A DNA stretch of 64,000 nucleotides from a virus. Shown here in pieces: positions 17,664 through 27,984 of the stretch (position 1 is the first letter of the stretch; each line of letters begins with the position of its first letter). The notes under the pieces were generated by a model. The model was given only the letters and a program-made list of their open reading frames with translations, had not been told where the DNA came from and ran no database searches. The position numbers and the translations under genes are program-made. The stretch lies in IMG/VR virus record IMGVR_UViG_3300030320_000049; one strand, given 5' to 3'.

Positions 17664-17782
17664 ATGTTTTAATTCTCCACAATTAATTAATTTCTTTTCT
17701 AAAAAATCAATTTTCTTGGCTTGTGCCTATATTTTATCTGGCAAGAGGTTTTGAAACGTATTTGGTTATTTTATCATGCCAA

Positions 17783-18097
17783 TTAATTACTATCATACAT
17801 CTCATAATCAATCGTTCCCAAATCACCGTACACATCTGGGTAATAGATTCCAACCCAAAAGTTATCTTCCATTGTTTTGTAGTAAGTTACTTTTACATTC
17901 CATCTCTGTACCTCGTCAATAATTTCTTTGTTAAGAAGTCCGAATTGATCTCGGCAAGCTTCACTTTCCAGTTTGTAAGTCAATGCTTTGTATTTCTCGG
18001 CATTTGCCTGTCTGGTGGCGGTAACATTGGTTTTGGTGAGAAGTAAAATCAATCCGGCTACCAGGAACCATACTACACTGATGAAAGAAATTACCAC
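17783..18097 (-). CDS. N-terminally membrane-anchored hypothetical protein (104 aa, GTG start)
   Basis: Transmembrane segment ISFISVVWFLVAGLILLL. Confidence 0.5.
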   Translation of the reverse strand: MVISFISVVWFLVAGLILLLTKTNVTATRQANAEKYKALTYKLESEACRDQFGLLNKEIIDEVQRWNVKVTYYKTMEDNFWVGIYYPDVYGDLGTIDYEMYDSN

Positions 18098-18225
18098 GCC
18101 AAAGACAATATAAATCCACTCACATTTGAATACTCATATTCGTAGCTTAAAGATTCGCCTATTCTATTTGCAATCAGAATAACAACGCCGACCGCAAAAA
18201 TGATTATTGATAGCCAAAATATCAT
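18091..18225 (-). CDS. possible small TM peptide (44 aa)
   Basis: Own translation MIFWLSIIIFAVGVVILIANRIGESLSYEYEYSNVSGFILSLAW. ATGA overlap with the upstream stop. Confidence 0.35.
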   Translation of the reverse strand: MIFWLSIIIFAVGVVILIANRIGESLSYEYEYSNVSGFILSLAW

Positions 18226-19172
18226 AGTATGTCCTCCCTGTTCTCAATTTTCATCAACAATATTTTCCGCACATAACCAGACATGAAATGCGAATAATGG
18301 TGATCCGTGTACTCGCTGAATGAAGTGCCGAAATATTCATCAATCACTTTCATGTATGTTTCAATCTCAACATTCTGGAAATAATCTGGATTTGGCCCGA
18401 AACCAAACTTGTCCAGGATATTATCCAAAGCGTCTTGATTGATTTTTGTGTGTGGTTTCCTGGTTCGCTCTTCGTATCTCTTGAAGAAATACTTTGATAC
18501 TACCAGGAAGCGGTTAGTTGTATAGGGGCTTGTCGTATATCCCAATTCTTCAAGTCGTACTGCAACCTGGTTCTTGAATGCAGACCAATTAAAAGATTTA
18601 CGGTCTATTGGAGTATACTGGATGCTTTCTTCTGTCAACATATTTTTGATATGTTGAGAATTGAACCACTCGTTAGAGTGGTATGCATTTTTCTCTTCTT
18701 CTTTTGGATTAATAAAATCAGTATTAAATATATCAGTTATTGATTCATCAGTATTTGATATATCAGTTCTTTTATTATGAGGGTGGTGTTCTACATCTGG
18801 AGCTTCTAGGGCTAGGCTTTCTACACCTTGCTTTGGAGCATCTTGTTTATCTTCAGTTTCTTCTATTTCCTGTGGCGTTTCGTAAATATTATAAACATAT
18901 TCAAACTTTGATCTGCCCTCTTCTTTACAAGGCTTTTTCTTATCAACAATAAGATATCCTGTCTCCTTTAATTCTTTTATGGTAGACCTCACCGCTGTTT
19001 CATTTTCTTTTAAAATTGAGCATAGACCTGGTATGGAATAATTCCAAGAATCTGGTAAAGAAAACATTACTGATAAAAGCCCTTTCGCTTTCAAACTTAA
19101 ATTTTTATCTCTCAAATGGTGATTGCTCATCACCGTATAGTTTTTAGTTTTGTGTACTCTAAATACTGACAT
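18222..19172 (-). CDS. winged-helix (HTH_36/DnaD-like) replication-initiator-like protein
   Basis: FRVHKTKNYTVMSNHHLRDKNLSLKAKGLLSVMFSLPDSWNYSIPGL...ELKETGYLIV. Start taken at the ATG with a ggaggt RBS. Confidence 0.65.
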   Translation of the reverse strand: MSVFRVHKTKNYTVMSNHHLRDKNLSLKAKGLLSVMFSLPDSWNYSIPGLCSILKENETAVRSTIKELKETGYLIVDKKKPCKEEGRSKFEYVYNIYETPQEIEETEDKQDAPKQGVESLALEAPDVEHHPHNKRTDISNTDESITDIFNTDFINPKEEEKNAYHSNEWFNSQHIKNMLTEESIQYTPIDRKSFNWSAFKNQVAVRLEELGYTTSPYTTNRFLVVSKYFFKRYEERTRKPHTKINQDALDNILDKFGFGPNPDYFQNVEIETYMKVIDEYFGTSFSEYTDHHYSHFMSGYVRKILLMKIENREDIL

Positions 19173-19280
19173 AAAATGACCTCCATTCATTTTTCCTCCA
19201 ATTTTATAAAAACAGTGAGCTTGTCTCTTGGAGGTGAGACTTTCGGGAGCTACCCTAGCCCACTGGTTTTACCGAATTAA

Positions 19281-19577
19281 TTAATCAAACATTTTGAATG
19301 TTTCCTTGCAAAATTCCTCATAGTCGGTTTTCCCGACCAGTGGCATTTTATTCCTCAGTTTTTCCATGGCTCTAAAAAACTTGCCTTGGTCTTTATTCCA
19401 GATTTTACAGGAAATTAGAAGATACTTCTCTTCTGTATGTCCAAATTCTTTTCCGAAATTCACTCTAATTTTCTCATTCTTAAAAAGTTGGTCTGCCAGA
19501 TACTCTTCTGTATCTGCGAAAATGTATTCGCTACGGAATAAATGTTTTTGAATTAAGATGTAATTTTTATATGACAT
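19281..19577 (-). CDS. hypothetical protein (98 aa)
   Basis: Track ORF; RBS cagggaggaat upstream. Confidence 0.55.
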   Translation of the reverse strand: MSYKNYILIQKHLFRSEYIFADTEEYLADQLFKNEKIRVNFGKEFGHTEEKYLLISCKIWNKDQGKFFRAMEKLRNKMPLVGKTDYEEFCKETFKMFD

Positions 19578-19663
19578 GATATTCCTCCCTGTGAAAAAGG
19601 TTCTATTTTAAATCGAACCTTTCCAGACCTCATTTTAAATGCGGGCTGTCTAAAAATTCAAAA

Positions 19664-20359
19664 TTATGCCGCAATTTTATTAATTCCTTTATTCAGAATA
19701 AATTCTTTAATTTCGTTATACCCCCAGCCATATCCGACCAACGCACTTACAAGCATTTCAGCATTTTGTATTTTCACAAGATCTTCTTCCGAAAAACAAT
19801 CTCTCATATTTTCTTTTCTGGAGATTCCAAAATCTTCTCTCAGCTGCTTGGCGTTTTTACCAAATATGGACTTGTAAATAACGTCCGTATATGTAGAATA
19901 GGCATGTCCGTGCATTCTTTCATTTTCAGAAGATTGTTGAATTGCTTTTGTCAACGCCTGTCTTACTGCTATTCCTTTGGCTCTTTCAAGTTCTGTACGC
20001 CGATTGGATTCTGCAAGTTTTTTCAAGACTTGCTCACATCCTATAAAATATTTTCGTGCTTCTTCACCACGTTCGCTTTTTGAAGCCATTGAAATTCTCT
20101 TTGCTAAAGATGCACTGATTTTGTAATCCTCTGATGGTCTTCCACCTAATTTAGAGGTTTTCGCCGTGCAAGGCGAATACTCTTCTTTTTCAGCGTATGG
20201 ATTTTCTGTGATATTATCTTTAATCCACCTGGCATAATGCGTTGGATTTAACTCCAACCAATTATATAAACATTTGGCTGTGGTGAATCCCTGTTCGTCT
20301 ATTTGAAGTGCAATCTCAATAGGTGTCTGTTCGCTTGTTACTAAAACTTCATTTCCCAT
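19664..20359 (-). CDS. AntA-type antirepressor with ORF6C C-terminal domain
   Basis: N-terminus ...GFTTAKCLYNWLELNPTHYARWIKDNI is AntA-like. C-terminus GKNAKQLREDFGISRKENMRDCFSEEDLVKIQNAEMLVSALVGYGWGYNEIKEFI. Confidence 0.75.
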   Translation of the reverse strand: MGNEVLVTSEQTPIEIALQIDEQGFTTAKCLYNWLELNPTHYARWIKDNITENPYAEKEEYSPCTAKTSKLGGRPSEDYKISASLAKRISMASKSERGEEARKYFIGCEQVLKKLAESNRRTELERAKGIAVRQALTKAIQQSSENERMHGHAYSTYTDVIYKSIFGKNAKQLREDFGISRKENMRDCFSEEDLVKIQNAEMLVSALVGYGWGYNEIKEFILNKGINKIAA

Positions 20360-20387
20360 TCTTCCATTCCTCCTTATATTGATGGAT

Positions 20388-20512
20388 AAAATAAAAAAGA
20401 GCCGCCAAGTAAGACAAAAAATTCCTCAAAATCGAGAAATATTAATTTCTTCTTAGCGGCTCAAAAATCAAGACCGTGTGTACTTCTTCATTGAAGAAAT
20501 TATACCACACAA
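20388..20512 (-). promoter_or_regulatory. leader of the moron island: extended -10 promoter followed by a long hairpin and U-run
   Basis: Minus strand TGgTATAAT (plus attata at 20499..20504). GAGCCGC...GCGGCUC (20399..20462) followed by U6. Confidence 0.4.
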
Positions 20513-20523
20513 TCAGTCAAAAA

Positions 20524-23500
20524 TCAATATGCCGGAGACGGTTTGAAACGGCTATCCGTATCATTCTGAGCTTTGGTCACAGCCTTTGCAATCTCACTTC
20601 CGTCTAAAATAATGCTGTTCATGATGTACTGCGGATTGTTATTTCCGCTGTTCATACTCATTGCCATTGCAACGCCCTGTGCTACTGCTTTTGCCATTTC
20701 TTCTTTTGTAAGCCCCATGCTTCCATCCGAACTGGAAACAATACTGTCTGCAATCTTCTTCATGGTTCGTGGATTTTCCAGTGGAAGAACTGCCTCGGTA
20801 CCAGCTTCACCGATACCAATTACTTGTGCACCATTAAAAAGACCACCTTTGGCGTACCAATTAGGCTTATAAACTGGTGTAGAACTGGTTCTTCCACCAC
20901 CAAGATCATGTTTTCTCCATTCTGAAATATAATAAGTCAGAGTTGGTAAATGTACTTGTTTCATGCCATCAGCGAATGATTGAGCAGTTTCCCGACCAAT
21001 TGATGTAAGATTAACATTAAATAGCCTTTTAATTTTATCCGAAATCCCAGACAAATTAGATTCTGTGTAGGTTTTCATTTTCCCAGTTTCCGTGTCAACT
21101 TTACCAGAAGCCTTTTCCCAAATCTGGTTTGTATTGATAAGAACAGAAGACCAATAACTTTGAATGGTTGTCATAACCTTACCCATTACATCTTTTGTAT
21201 CGGTGTCCATGGTTCCGAGGGCTGTCGATACAGCACTTGCGGAATTTTCCCAGTTTGTTTTGGAGTTGGTTTCAACATCATCATTCGTGTTCTTTATCTT
21301 TGACCAAATGGAAGGCATTGTGCTTTCTGTGCTTTTTTTCATTCCAGCCATTGCCGTGCTTACGGCAGTATTGGCGAGACCAAAGCCAGTTTTTGTCTTG
21401 GATGATACGGAGCTAGAAGCATTTGCAACAGCGGTAGTAATACCTCCCACTGCTGTTTTCACAGATGTATTCATTCCATCGAAAGAATTCTTTGCACTTG
21501 TTTCCATTGTAACAACTGCATCTGGAAAATCTTTTCTGAGTTTTTCATCTAATTCATCTAACGGAACGCCAGCATTTTTTAATGACGTATAAACTGCGTC
21601 TAGCGCTTCTTCTGTATTAGCATATGTTCTTCCAGATATTGCACTATCAAGAGCATCTTTAGCAGTTAAGTAGTCTCCACTAAATTGATCAGAGCTAAGA
21701 CTTAAAAGATAAAGTTCGTCTTTCAAATCAGATATACTGATTTTGGTTGTGTCAAATTTTCCAGCTGATTCAGATACACCATCTCCAAGGGCTACAGCTT
21801 TATCAGTCATATCTTCCAAAAATCCAGTTGATACACCCGCCTGTGCGCCGTATTTTTCGAGAATTTTTCTTGCATCTTCGGTTGATACGCCGAATTCTCC
21901 AAGTTTCTGAATGAAACTATCGTACATTTCAGAATTTGATTTTCCGGCACTTTCATCTGCTTCAATTAACTTCCAAAGCTCTTCTGCTTGGTCTTGTGTT
22001 ATTTTATGCGCGCTTTCCATTTCTCCTGTATAATCATGGAGATAACCACCTGTTTGTGATAGAATTCCATTTCCACCTTGTGCAGCTTCTGTGATACTTG
22101 CAATTCCTCTTGCAAGTTTAACAGATAATGCCGTTGCAACAAATACAATCCCAGCGGTTCCAAATATAGTACCAAGCGTTGAAGAAAATGAAGATAATCC
22201 ACCAGCAGATGCCGTTTTTGCCGCTCCACCAATATCACCAATGATAGTAGGAAGAAAAGATGCGGTATCAAGTGGGAAATTTAAAAGTTTTGAAGCTAAT
22301 GAACCGATTCCACTTGCAAAGGAAAAGATTTTAGTGGCAATATCCTTTGCTATTTTGATTGTAAACAATGTTCCAAATGCAGCACCAACTTGTTTTATAA
22401 ATTCTGGATCAACTCCACTTAATTTTTCAGCCAGCCAATTAATAGCATTTGCAATACCGTTAATTAAGTCTGCCCCTATATTTATTACTCCTTCAAGTCC
22501 GGTAATCAACGCATCTGCAAATCCCTCTGCAAATGGTTGGAATGCAGACCATAAATTTCCAAGAGCAGTTCCAACAGCATTCCAATCAACCTTATCAATA
22601 AAATTCTGTATTGAGGTTTTTACACGGTCAATGCTACTCCAAATCCACTCCCAGTCAACATCAATAACTCCAAAATTATCAAGCGCAAGTACAATTCCAC
22701 CGATGCCAAGTGCCATTGACGCATAAGGATGTTTTGCCAATAAAGAAAGTCCTTTTCCTAATGGGCTGTCTTTTCCGATGATTCCACCAATAAAGGTTAA
22801 TCCTTTGAATCCAAGGATTGCAATGGAGATTTGTCCAAGTCCTTTTCCAATTGCCTGTGCAGTTTCCGGGCTGATATTTTTTATTGCATCGGCAATTGAG
22901 TTCAAGCCTCCAGGAAGCGTTGTATTGATAAAATTTTCTCCAACATCGAGCAAATCTTTGAAGAAGTCAACAATTCCCTGTCCAACATTTTGTGCAAATG
23001 GCGCAAGTGCATCCCAGAAGTTTTTCAATGCCGAATTAAGTTCGTCCCAGTGAATGTTGTTTCCGAAATTTGTTAATGCGTCAACAAGTTCCGGGATTGC
23101 ACTATTCATTGTCCATGTACCTACCGGCACTAAGAATTTCTCATAGAAATCCATGAGACCAGTCCAAACAAATTTTGTTGGCTTTTGAAGCATTGTAAAG
23201 AAACCGGAAAGCGAGCTATTCAGTTTACCCCAATTGATTTTATTTAGTAAATCATTCGTAATATTAAAGAATCGAGGAAGCCCGGAATTGTCAGATAACA
23301 TCCATAATCCAATTGGTTTCAGATAATTATTCCACAAATCTTTCAGAGCTGTAATAGAGAAGTTTCCAAGCTTGCTAAGACCTTCATCATAAAGTTTCTT
23401 GATTGATGCAGTTGTTGGTTTAGCCGCTTTACGAATTTTTTTAAATACAGCTACAATCTGATCAGCGGTATCATTTGCCTTATTATTCATTTCTTCAAAA

Positions 23501-26500
23501 GCTTTATCCCATGCAGCTTGATACTCTGACAGGGCTTTATCTAATGCAGCATCCAGTTCTGGAAGGTGTGCACTCGCACCGCCTCCACTTCCGGAAGAGC
23601 CGGAAGAATTGCTAACTTTTGCATCATTTAATTGATTTAATTCATCAAATGAAAGCACAGAAAGAGTTTTTTGTAATTTCTTCGCATTGTCATTTGTTTT
23701 GTCAAGCCCGGAAGCTGCATCTTCTGTACTATCTGCAATACTTCCCATATCAACTGCGGCACTTCCTGTGGAAGCAACATAATTGGACATTTTGATACCC
23801 AAAAGTCTTCCAACCCACGAAAAAGCTCTCTGAATTGCAATAACAAAGGCGTTTATATATGGAAGAACCTTTGAGATAATCGGAATGAATAATGAACCTA
23901 TTGTCCTTGAAAGTGCGGAAAAGTTAGATTGTAGTAATCTAAGTTGGTTTGCCGGCTGATTTATCGTATTAGCCAGGTCACCCCATGCATACTTTGAACT
24001 ATTCAAGATTGTTATAGTTCTCAGAATAGCCTTGTCCGATTGACTTAAACTTGATACAGTAGCGTCAATTCCAAGATTATAAAGTTCCTGTTGTAAATTT
24101 GCCACACGGATATTAATGCCGTACTTGTCAAGAGCCCGGCTCATTCCGGTTATTCCGGATGCCATATCATTCCATACATCGTTGAACTCAAGGTTCTTTA
24201 CAGAAGCAAGGTCTGCTCCGATTTCTGTTAAAGCTTGTGAAACCTTAGTTGATGCATCTGCTGTTGCCCCCATGGATGATGCCATCTGAGCATAAGTAGC
24301 TTGATAGTTCATCGTTTGGTTTGGATCAAGTCCGAGGCTCGCGCCTTTTGTTCTAGTCAGATCACCTGCATCTGATACTTCAAATCCAGTCATTTTTTTT
24401 GTGAGTTCTTTTGCACGTTTTTCAAAAGATCCCACATATTCCTCTGCGGATTTTACTCCTGCATTCTGCCACTTGCTGATATCTAACCCGTCAGTAACTT
24501 GATCGAACGCAGAGTTAAAATAATTCAAAGTTTCTACGTAATCAGACGCAGATTCTACAGAATTCCAAAGTGCTTTAATCCCCCTTGTTACTGTGAAGAA
24601 TTTCGCATATAATCCAGCAAACTGTGAAGTTAATGAACCAACTTTTTTTGAAGTCGCATTTGCATTATTTCCAAATCCAGTTAAAGCAGAACTTGCAGCT
24701 CCAATTATGGAGGATAACCTTCTTCCAGCATTTCCAAGTCCATTTGTGGAATTTGATAATCTCGAAAAAGAATTCGAAAGAGAATTTGTGGCTTTATTTA
24801 TTTTTCCACTTGCAGTAGCTAACTGTGCCAAAGCTTCTGTCATTCTTATTGTATTTTCACTAATTTTTGGTGCTGATTTCATTACATTGAAGAACGACAA
24901 TACTTCATTTGCTAATGTCCCAAGTTGTCCAGAAGATTGAGCAATTTTACCACCAGCACTTGCCAATTGTGAGATGGATTGTACAAATCTATTTGCAGAA
25001 TCCGAAATTCCATCAACACCAATAAAGCTTTCTGTGATAATTCTTAAACTGCTTCCCAATGCAGGTAATTCAGCGGATACATTTGCAATATATTCACCGG
25101 AATTGGCTAATCTAGCCATTGAATTAACAAAACGATTAACACTTGCAGATACATCCGGTATTGCCGATAATCCAGATAACTGATTGATTATCTCGCCAAG
25201 TTTCATAGAATTAAAATTACTAATATCTACCTGGCTAAATCTGCTAATGGAATTAATGATTGCATTCAAACCGGAAGCTTTATAATTAACAGTTCCCATG
25301 GCTCTTAAAGAATCTGAAAACTGTTTCATTCCATCGGCAATGCTTGTCATTTGTCCTGCATCAATTTCTTTTAACTTTCCGGTAACTGCGTCTTTAATTC
25401 CTGTAGTGTCTACATCCAGAGTGACTTTTACAGTGTTATATTTCAGTTCGGCAACTTTGTTGATTGCCTTCTGAATATCCATTGTTATCTTATCCGTATT
25501 GATTTTTACATCAATAGGAAGTTGTCCATCCGCACTTTTCAAAGCATCGTTAAGGCGAGATTTTACTTGTTCTGCTAATTGTCCTGTTGAATCGACTGCC
25601 ATTCCCCATACTTTATCTGATGCTTTAGAAGCACTTTCACCGTAAAGAGATTCAATGGAAACTGGCTTAATGGATTCTCTAACTTTCTTTATATTTTCCA
25701 GAACGGTAACAAGCTGATCTGCTGCATTAATAGTATCTTTTGGAATTAATGTTGGAAATCTTTCTGAAAGCTCTCCCCATGATTTATCGAGAGTGATTCC
25801 TTTTGTTGCATCGGTAACAACTTTATTAAGGTTATTCTTTAAAAGTTCTGAAAATTCTCCCTTTCCAATATCAGCTTTCAACATATCGGAAACATAGATT
25901 TTCTTGTTTTTGAAATAATTGTAAAAATCAACCCATTCCTGTTCTGCACCATCTAAGTAGCTTCCAAGATTGGCTTTTACTACACTTCCGCTTTTGATAA
26001 TCGTATTTCCAATTTCTTCAACAATGCTTCCAACATTTCCAGAGATTTCTTTCCCGTCAAAAGACTGTGCCATTTCCTTTGCAAGTTCGTTCATTTGAGA
26101 ACGAACTTTTGAAGCAGCACCGCCTTTTAAGTTAAATGCTTCAATTAATTGCTTTGAAATGGAAGAGGTATCAATTTTAATATCACGTACTGTTTTATCA
26201 ATGGCGTATTGTAGTTTTTGCGCTTGATCTCCACCCTTGATATCCAAATCAAGACTAATCTTTTGATTCTGAAGATTGCTAAGATTGATTTTACTAAGTG
26301 TGTTTAATTTTGAAATAGCACTATCAAGCCCAGAAGTACGAACATTGCCTAGAGAATTAAAGGCAGACGTAACCCTTTCAAGTTCCCTTGCATAGCTACG
26401 CAGTCCATTTGTATTTACTCCGCTTAATGCGGAATTAACTTCTGTGAGTTTATTTGAAAGATTAGTCAGCGCACGTACTGCTTTTTCTGTACTGCTGCTA

Positions 26501-26538
26501 ATTTGTATATCAAGGGTATCAATGGTATTGTCAGCCAT
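20524..26538 (-). CDS. tail tape measure protein (2004 aa)
   Basis: Size, position after the G/T chaperones, and long alpha-helical and TM-rich segments. Start MADNTIDTL with RBS aaaaggaggg. Confidence 0.9.
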   Translation of the reverse strand: MADNTIDTLDIQISSSTEKAVRALTNLSNKLTEVNSALSGVNTNGLRSYARELERVTSAFNSLGNVRTSGLDSAISKLNTLSKINLSNLQNQKISLDLDIKGGDQAQKLQYAIDKTVRDIKIDTSSISKQLIEAFNLKGGAASKVRSQMNELAKEMAQSFDGKEISGNVGSIVEEIGNTIIKSGSVVKANLGSYLDGAEQEWVDFYNYFKNKKIYVSDMLKADIGKGEFSELLKNNLNKVVTDATKGITLDKSWGELSERFPTLIPKDTINAADQLVTVLENIKKVRESIKPVSIESLYGESASKASDKVWGMAVDSTGQLAEQVKSRLNDALKSADGQLPIDVKINTDKITMDIQKAINKVAELKYNTVKVTLDVDTTGIKDAVTGKLKEIDAGQMTSIADGMKQFSDSLRAMGTVNYKASGLNAIINSISRFSQVDISNFNSMKLGEIINQLSGLSAIPDVSASVNRFVNSMARLANSGEYIANVSAELPALGSSLRIITESFIGVDGISDSANRFVQSISQLASAGGKIAQSSGQLGTLANEVLSFFNVMKSAPKISENTIRMTEALAQLATASGKINKATNSLSNSFSRLSNSTNGLGNAGRRLSSIIGAASSALTGFGNNANATSKKVGSLTSQFAGLYAKFFTVTRGIKALWNSVESASDYVETLNYFNSAFDQVTDGLDISKWQNAGVKSAEEYVGSFEKRAKELTKKMTGFEVSDAGDLTRTKGASLGLDPNQTMNYQATYAQMASSMGATADASTKVSQALTEIGADLASVKNLEFNDVWNDMASGITGMSRALDKYGINIRVANLQQELYNLGIDATVSSLSQSDKAILRTITILNSSKYAWGDLANTINQPANQLRLLQSNFSALSRTIGSLFIPIISKVLPYINAFVIAIQRAFSWVGRLLGIKMSNYVASTGSAAVDMGSIADSTEDAASGLDKTNDNAKKLQKTLSVLSFDELNQLNDAKVSNSSGSSGSGGGASAHLPELDAALDKALSEYQAAWDKAFEEMNNKANDTADQIVAVFKKIRKAAKPTTASIKKLYDEGLSKLGNFSITALKDLWNNYLKPIGLWMLSDNSGLPRFFNITNDLLNKINWGKLNSSLSGFFTMLQKPTKFVWTGLMDFYEKFLVPVGTWTMNSAIPELVDALTNFGNNIHWDELNSALKNFWDALAPFAQNVGQGIVDFFKDLLDVGENFINTTLPGGLNSIADAIKNISPETAQAIGKGLGQISIAILGFKGLTFIGGIIGKDSPLGKGLSLLAKHPYASMALGIGGIVLALDNFGVIDVDWEWIWSSIDRVKTSIQNFIDKVDWNAVGTALGNLWSAFQPFAEGFADALITGLEGVINIGADLINGIANAINWLAEKLSGVDPEFIKQVGAAFGTLFTIKIAKDIATKIFSFASGIGSLASKLLNFPLDTASFLPTIIGDIGGAAKTASAGGLSSFSSTLGTIFGTAGIVFVATALSVKLARGIASITEAAQGGNGILSQTGGYLHDYTGEMESAHKITQDQAEELWKLIEADESAGKSNSEMYDSFIQKLGEFGVSTEDARKILEKYGAQAGVSTGFLEDMTDKAVALGDGVSESAGKFDTTKISISDLKDELYLLSLSSDQFSGDYLTAKDALDSAISGRTYANTEEALDAVYTSLKNAGVPLDELDEKLRKDFPDAVVTMETSAKNSFDGMNTSVKTAVGGITTAVANASSSVSSKTKTGFGLANTAVSTAMAGMKKSTESTMPSIWSKIKNTNDDVETNSKTNWENSASAVSTALGTMDTDTKDVMGKVMTTIQSYWSSVLINTNQIWEKASGKVDTETGKMKTYTESNLSGISDKIKRLFNVNLTSIGRETAQSFADGMKQVHLPTLTYYISEWRKHDLGGGRTSSTPVYKPNWYAKGGLFNGAQVIGIGEAGTEAVLPLENPRTMKKIADSIVSSSDGSMGLTKEEMAKAVAQGVAMAMSMNSGNNNPQYIMNSIILDGSEIAKAVTKAQNDTDSRFKPSPAY

Positions 26539-26586
26539 TTTATTTATCCCTCCTTTTTTACAAAAAAAATAAAGGGCAGACAAGAC

Positions 26587-26949
26587 TTATTCATCCTGCC
26601 TGCCCTTTTCATGGTTAAGCTCAAAGTTTGCCTGCATGAGTTGCAAGCTTGCCAAAAGTGCGTTTCTCTGTTTTTTCTTTTCTTCTTCGGAAAGTATGCC
26701 TTCCTGTTTACGCCTTTCTTCCTCCGCTGATTCCAGTAAAGGTTTTTTCAAATACTCAGCCTTGGATTTTTTCCCCATTAAAGCATTTGCAACAGCTGTG
26801 AATGTGGCTGATGTTTCATAAATGCCTGCTTGCCAAAGCTCAGCGTCTTTTCTCTTTTGCCGTATCTTTTCTGCTTCGAGATAAGGCTTTAACTCTGTTG
26901 GGGTGGAATCCATAAATTCTTCTTTAGATACGCCAATAGAGAGGTACAA
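26587..26949 (-). CDS. gpT-like extension of the tail assembly chaperone (reached by -1 frameshift)
   Basis: The frame stays open upstream into the 3' end of 26985..27413. There is no good independent start. Confidence 0.55.
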   Translation of the reverse strand: MYLSIGVSKEEFMDSTPTELKPYLEAEKIRQKRKDAELWQAGIYETSATFTAVANALMGKKSKAEYLKKPLLESAEEERRKQEGILSEEEKKKQRNALLASLQLMQANFELNHEKGRQDE

Positions 26950-26984
26950 AGGAAGAATCTCTTGGTAAACAGCTTCTCGAAAAG

Positions 26985-27413
26985 TTAATTTTTCTTTTTG
27001 TGATCCTGTGGAAGCTTCGTTGCATTCTTCTCCACTGCCTGTGCTTCTGCTACTGCATTCAGCAGACCGGATAAAAAACCATTTTTCTCCAATTCTTTAT
27101 CAAGAAGTTGGTATAAATCAAATCCGCTTTTCGGATTTTCCTCAGTTCCTTCATCTTCGTAATCATCCAAAAGGTCACAGACTTTATTAAGAACAGCTTC
27201 TTTTTCAGAATCACTTTCATACCCAAACTCTTCCTTGTGTTTCTTTTGAAGTCCGGCAAGAAGCAGTTCCGGAAGAAGAGAAATCATCTTCTGAAGGCTT
27301 CTCTCTTTTCCATCTGTAATTCCCTGTACCTTGTCCAGCACATCTGTTTTTGTAAGAAGTCCGTATCCGAATACAACCTTATACTCTTTTCCATGTACAT
27401 TGAAAGTTACCAT
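26985..27413 (-). CDS. tail assembly chaperone (gpG-like)
   Basis: Position between the major tail and tape measure genes; acidic 142-aa protein. Confidence 0.7.
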   Translation of the reverse strand: MVTFNVHGKEYKVVFGYGLLTKTDVLDKVQGITDGKERSLQKMISLLPELLLAGLQKKHKEEFGYESDSEKEAVLNKVCDLLDDYEDEGTEENPKSGFDLYQLLDKELEKNGFLSGLLNAVAEAQAVEKNATKLPQDHKKKN

Positions 27414-27435
27414 TTTATAATCCTCCCATTATTTT

Positions 27436-27909
27436 TTATATTTCTGATGTAGTTACAACCTTTGTATCGAGTCCTTTGTAATCATTTATAATTAATGATA
27501 TCGGGATGGTCGCAGCTTCATTTTGACCGATTTCTGGAAGAGGAATTGCTCGTCCTGTTTCGGCAACAATAAAAAATGCTTTTTCGAGATCTGGGAAAGC
27601 AACTTCGAACCAGGTTGAAAGGCCTTTAGCTTTTGCGTCTTTAGAGTCTTTAAAAAGTTTTTCGATTGCAGTTATAACGTCAGCATTCATGTTAAAAGTA
27701 ACTTCCCATGCGCCTCCAGTATCCTGCCTTCCTGCCGCATATTGTGTGAAATAATCTTCTAATGCGGAAACATCAATCTGTTCGGTGTCAAGACTTATTC
27801 CACCGATTGAATTACACCTTTTTAATTGAGTAAATGCAGTTGGCTTTGTTCCACTCACTGTTTCTACGGCATAATGGAAAGTTACGCCAAGTGTTGTTAA
27901 ATCTGCCAT
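27436..27909 (-). CDS. major tail protein
   Basis: 157 aa, position, and a strong RBS. Confidence 0.75.
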   Translation of the reverse strand: MADLTTLGVTFHYAVETVSGTKPTAFTQLKRCNSIGGISLDTEQIDVSALEDYFTQYAAGRQDTGGAWEVTFNMNADVITAIEKLFKDSKDAKAKGLSTWFEVAFPDLEKAFFIVAETGRAIPLPEIGQNEAATIPISLIINDYKGLDTKVVTTSEI

Positions 27910-27984
27910 TTTGATAGGCTCCTTTCTTTCATTTAAGTTTTAAGCACGTAACCCTGTGCAGGGAGATAGCGGATCACCGCCTTT

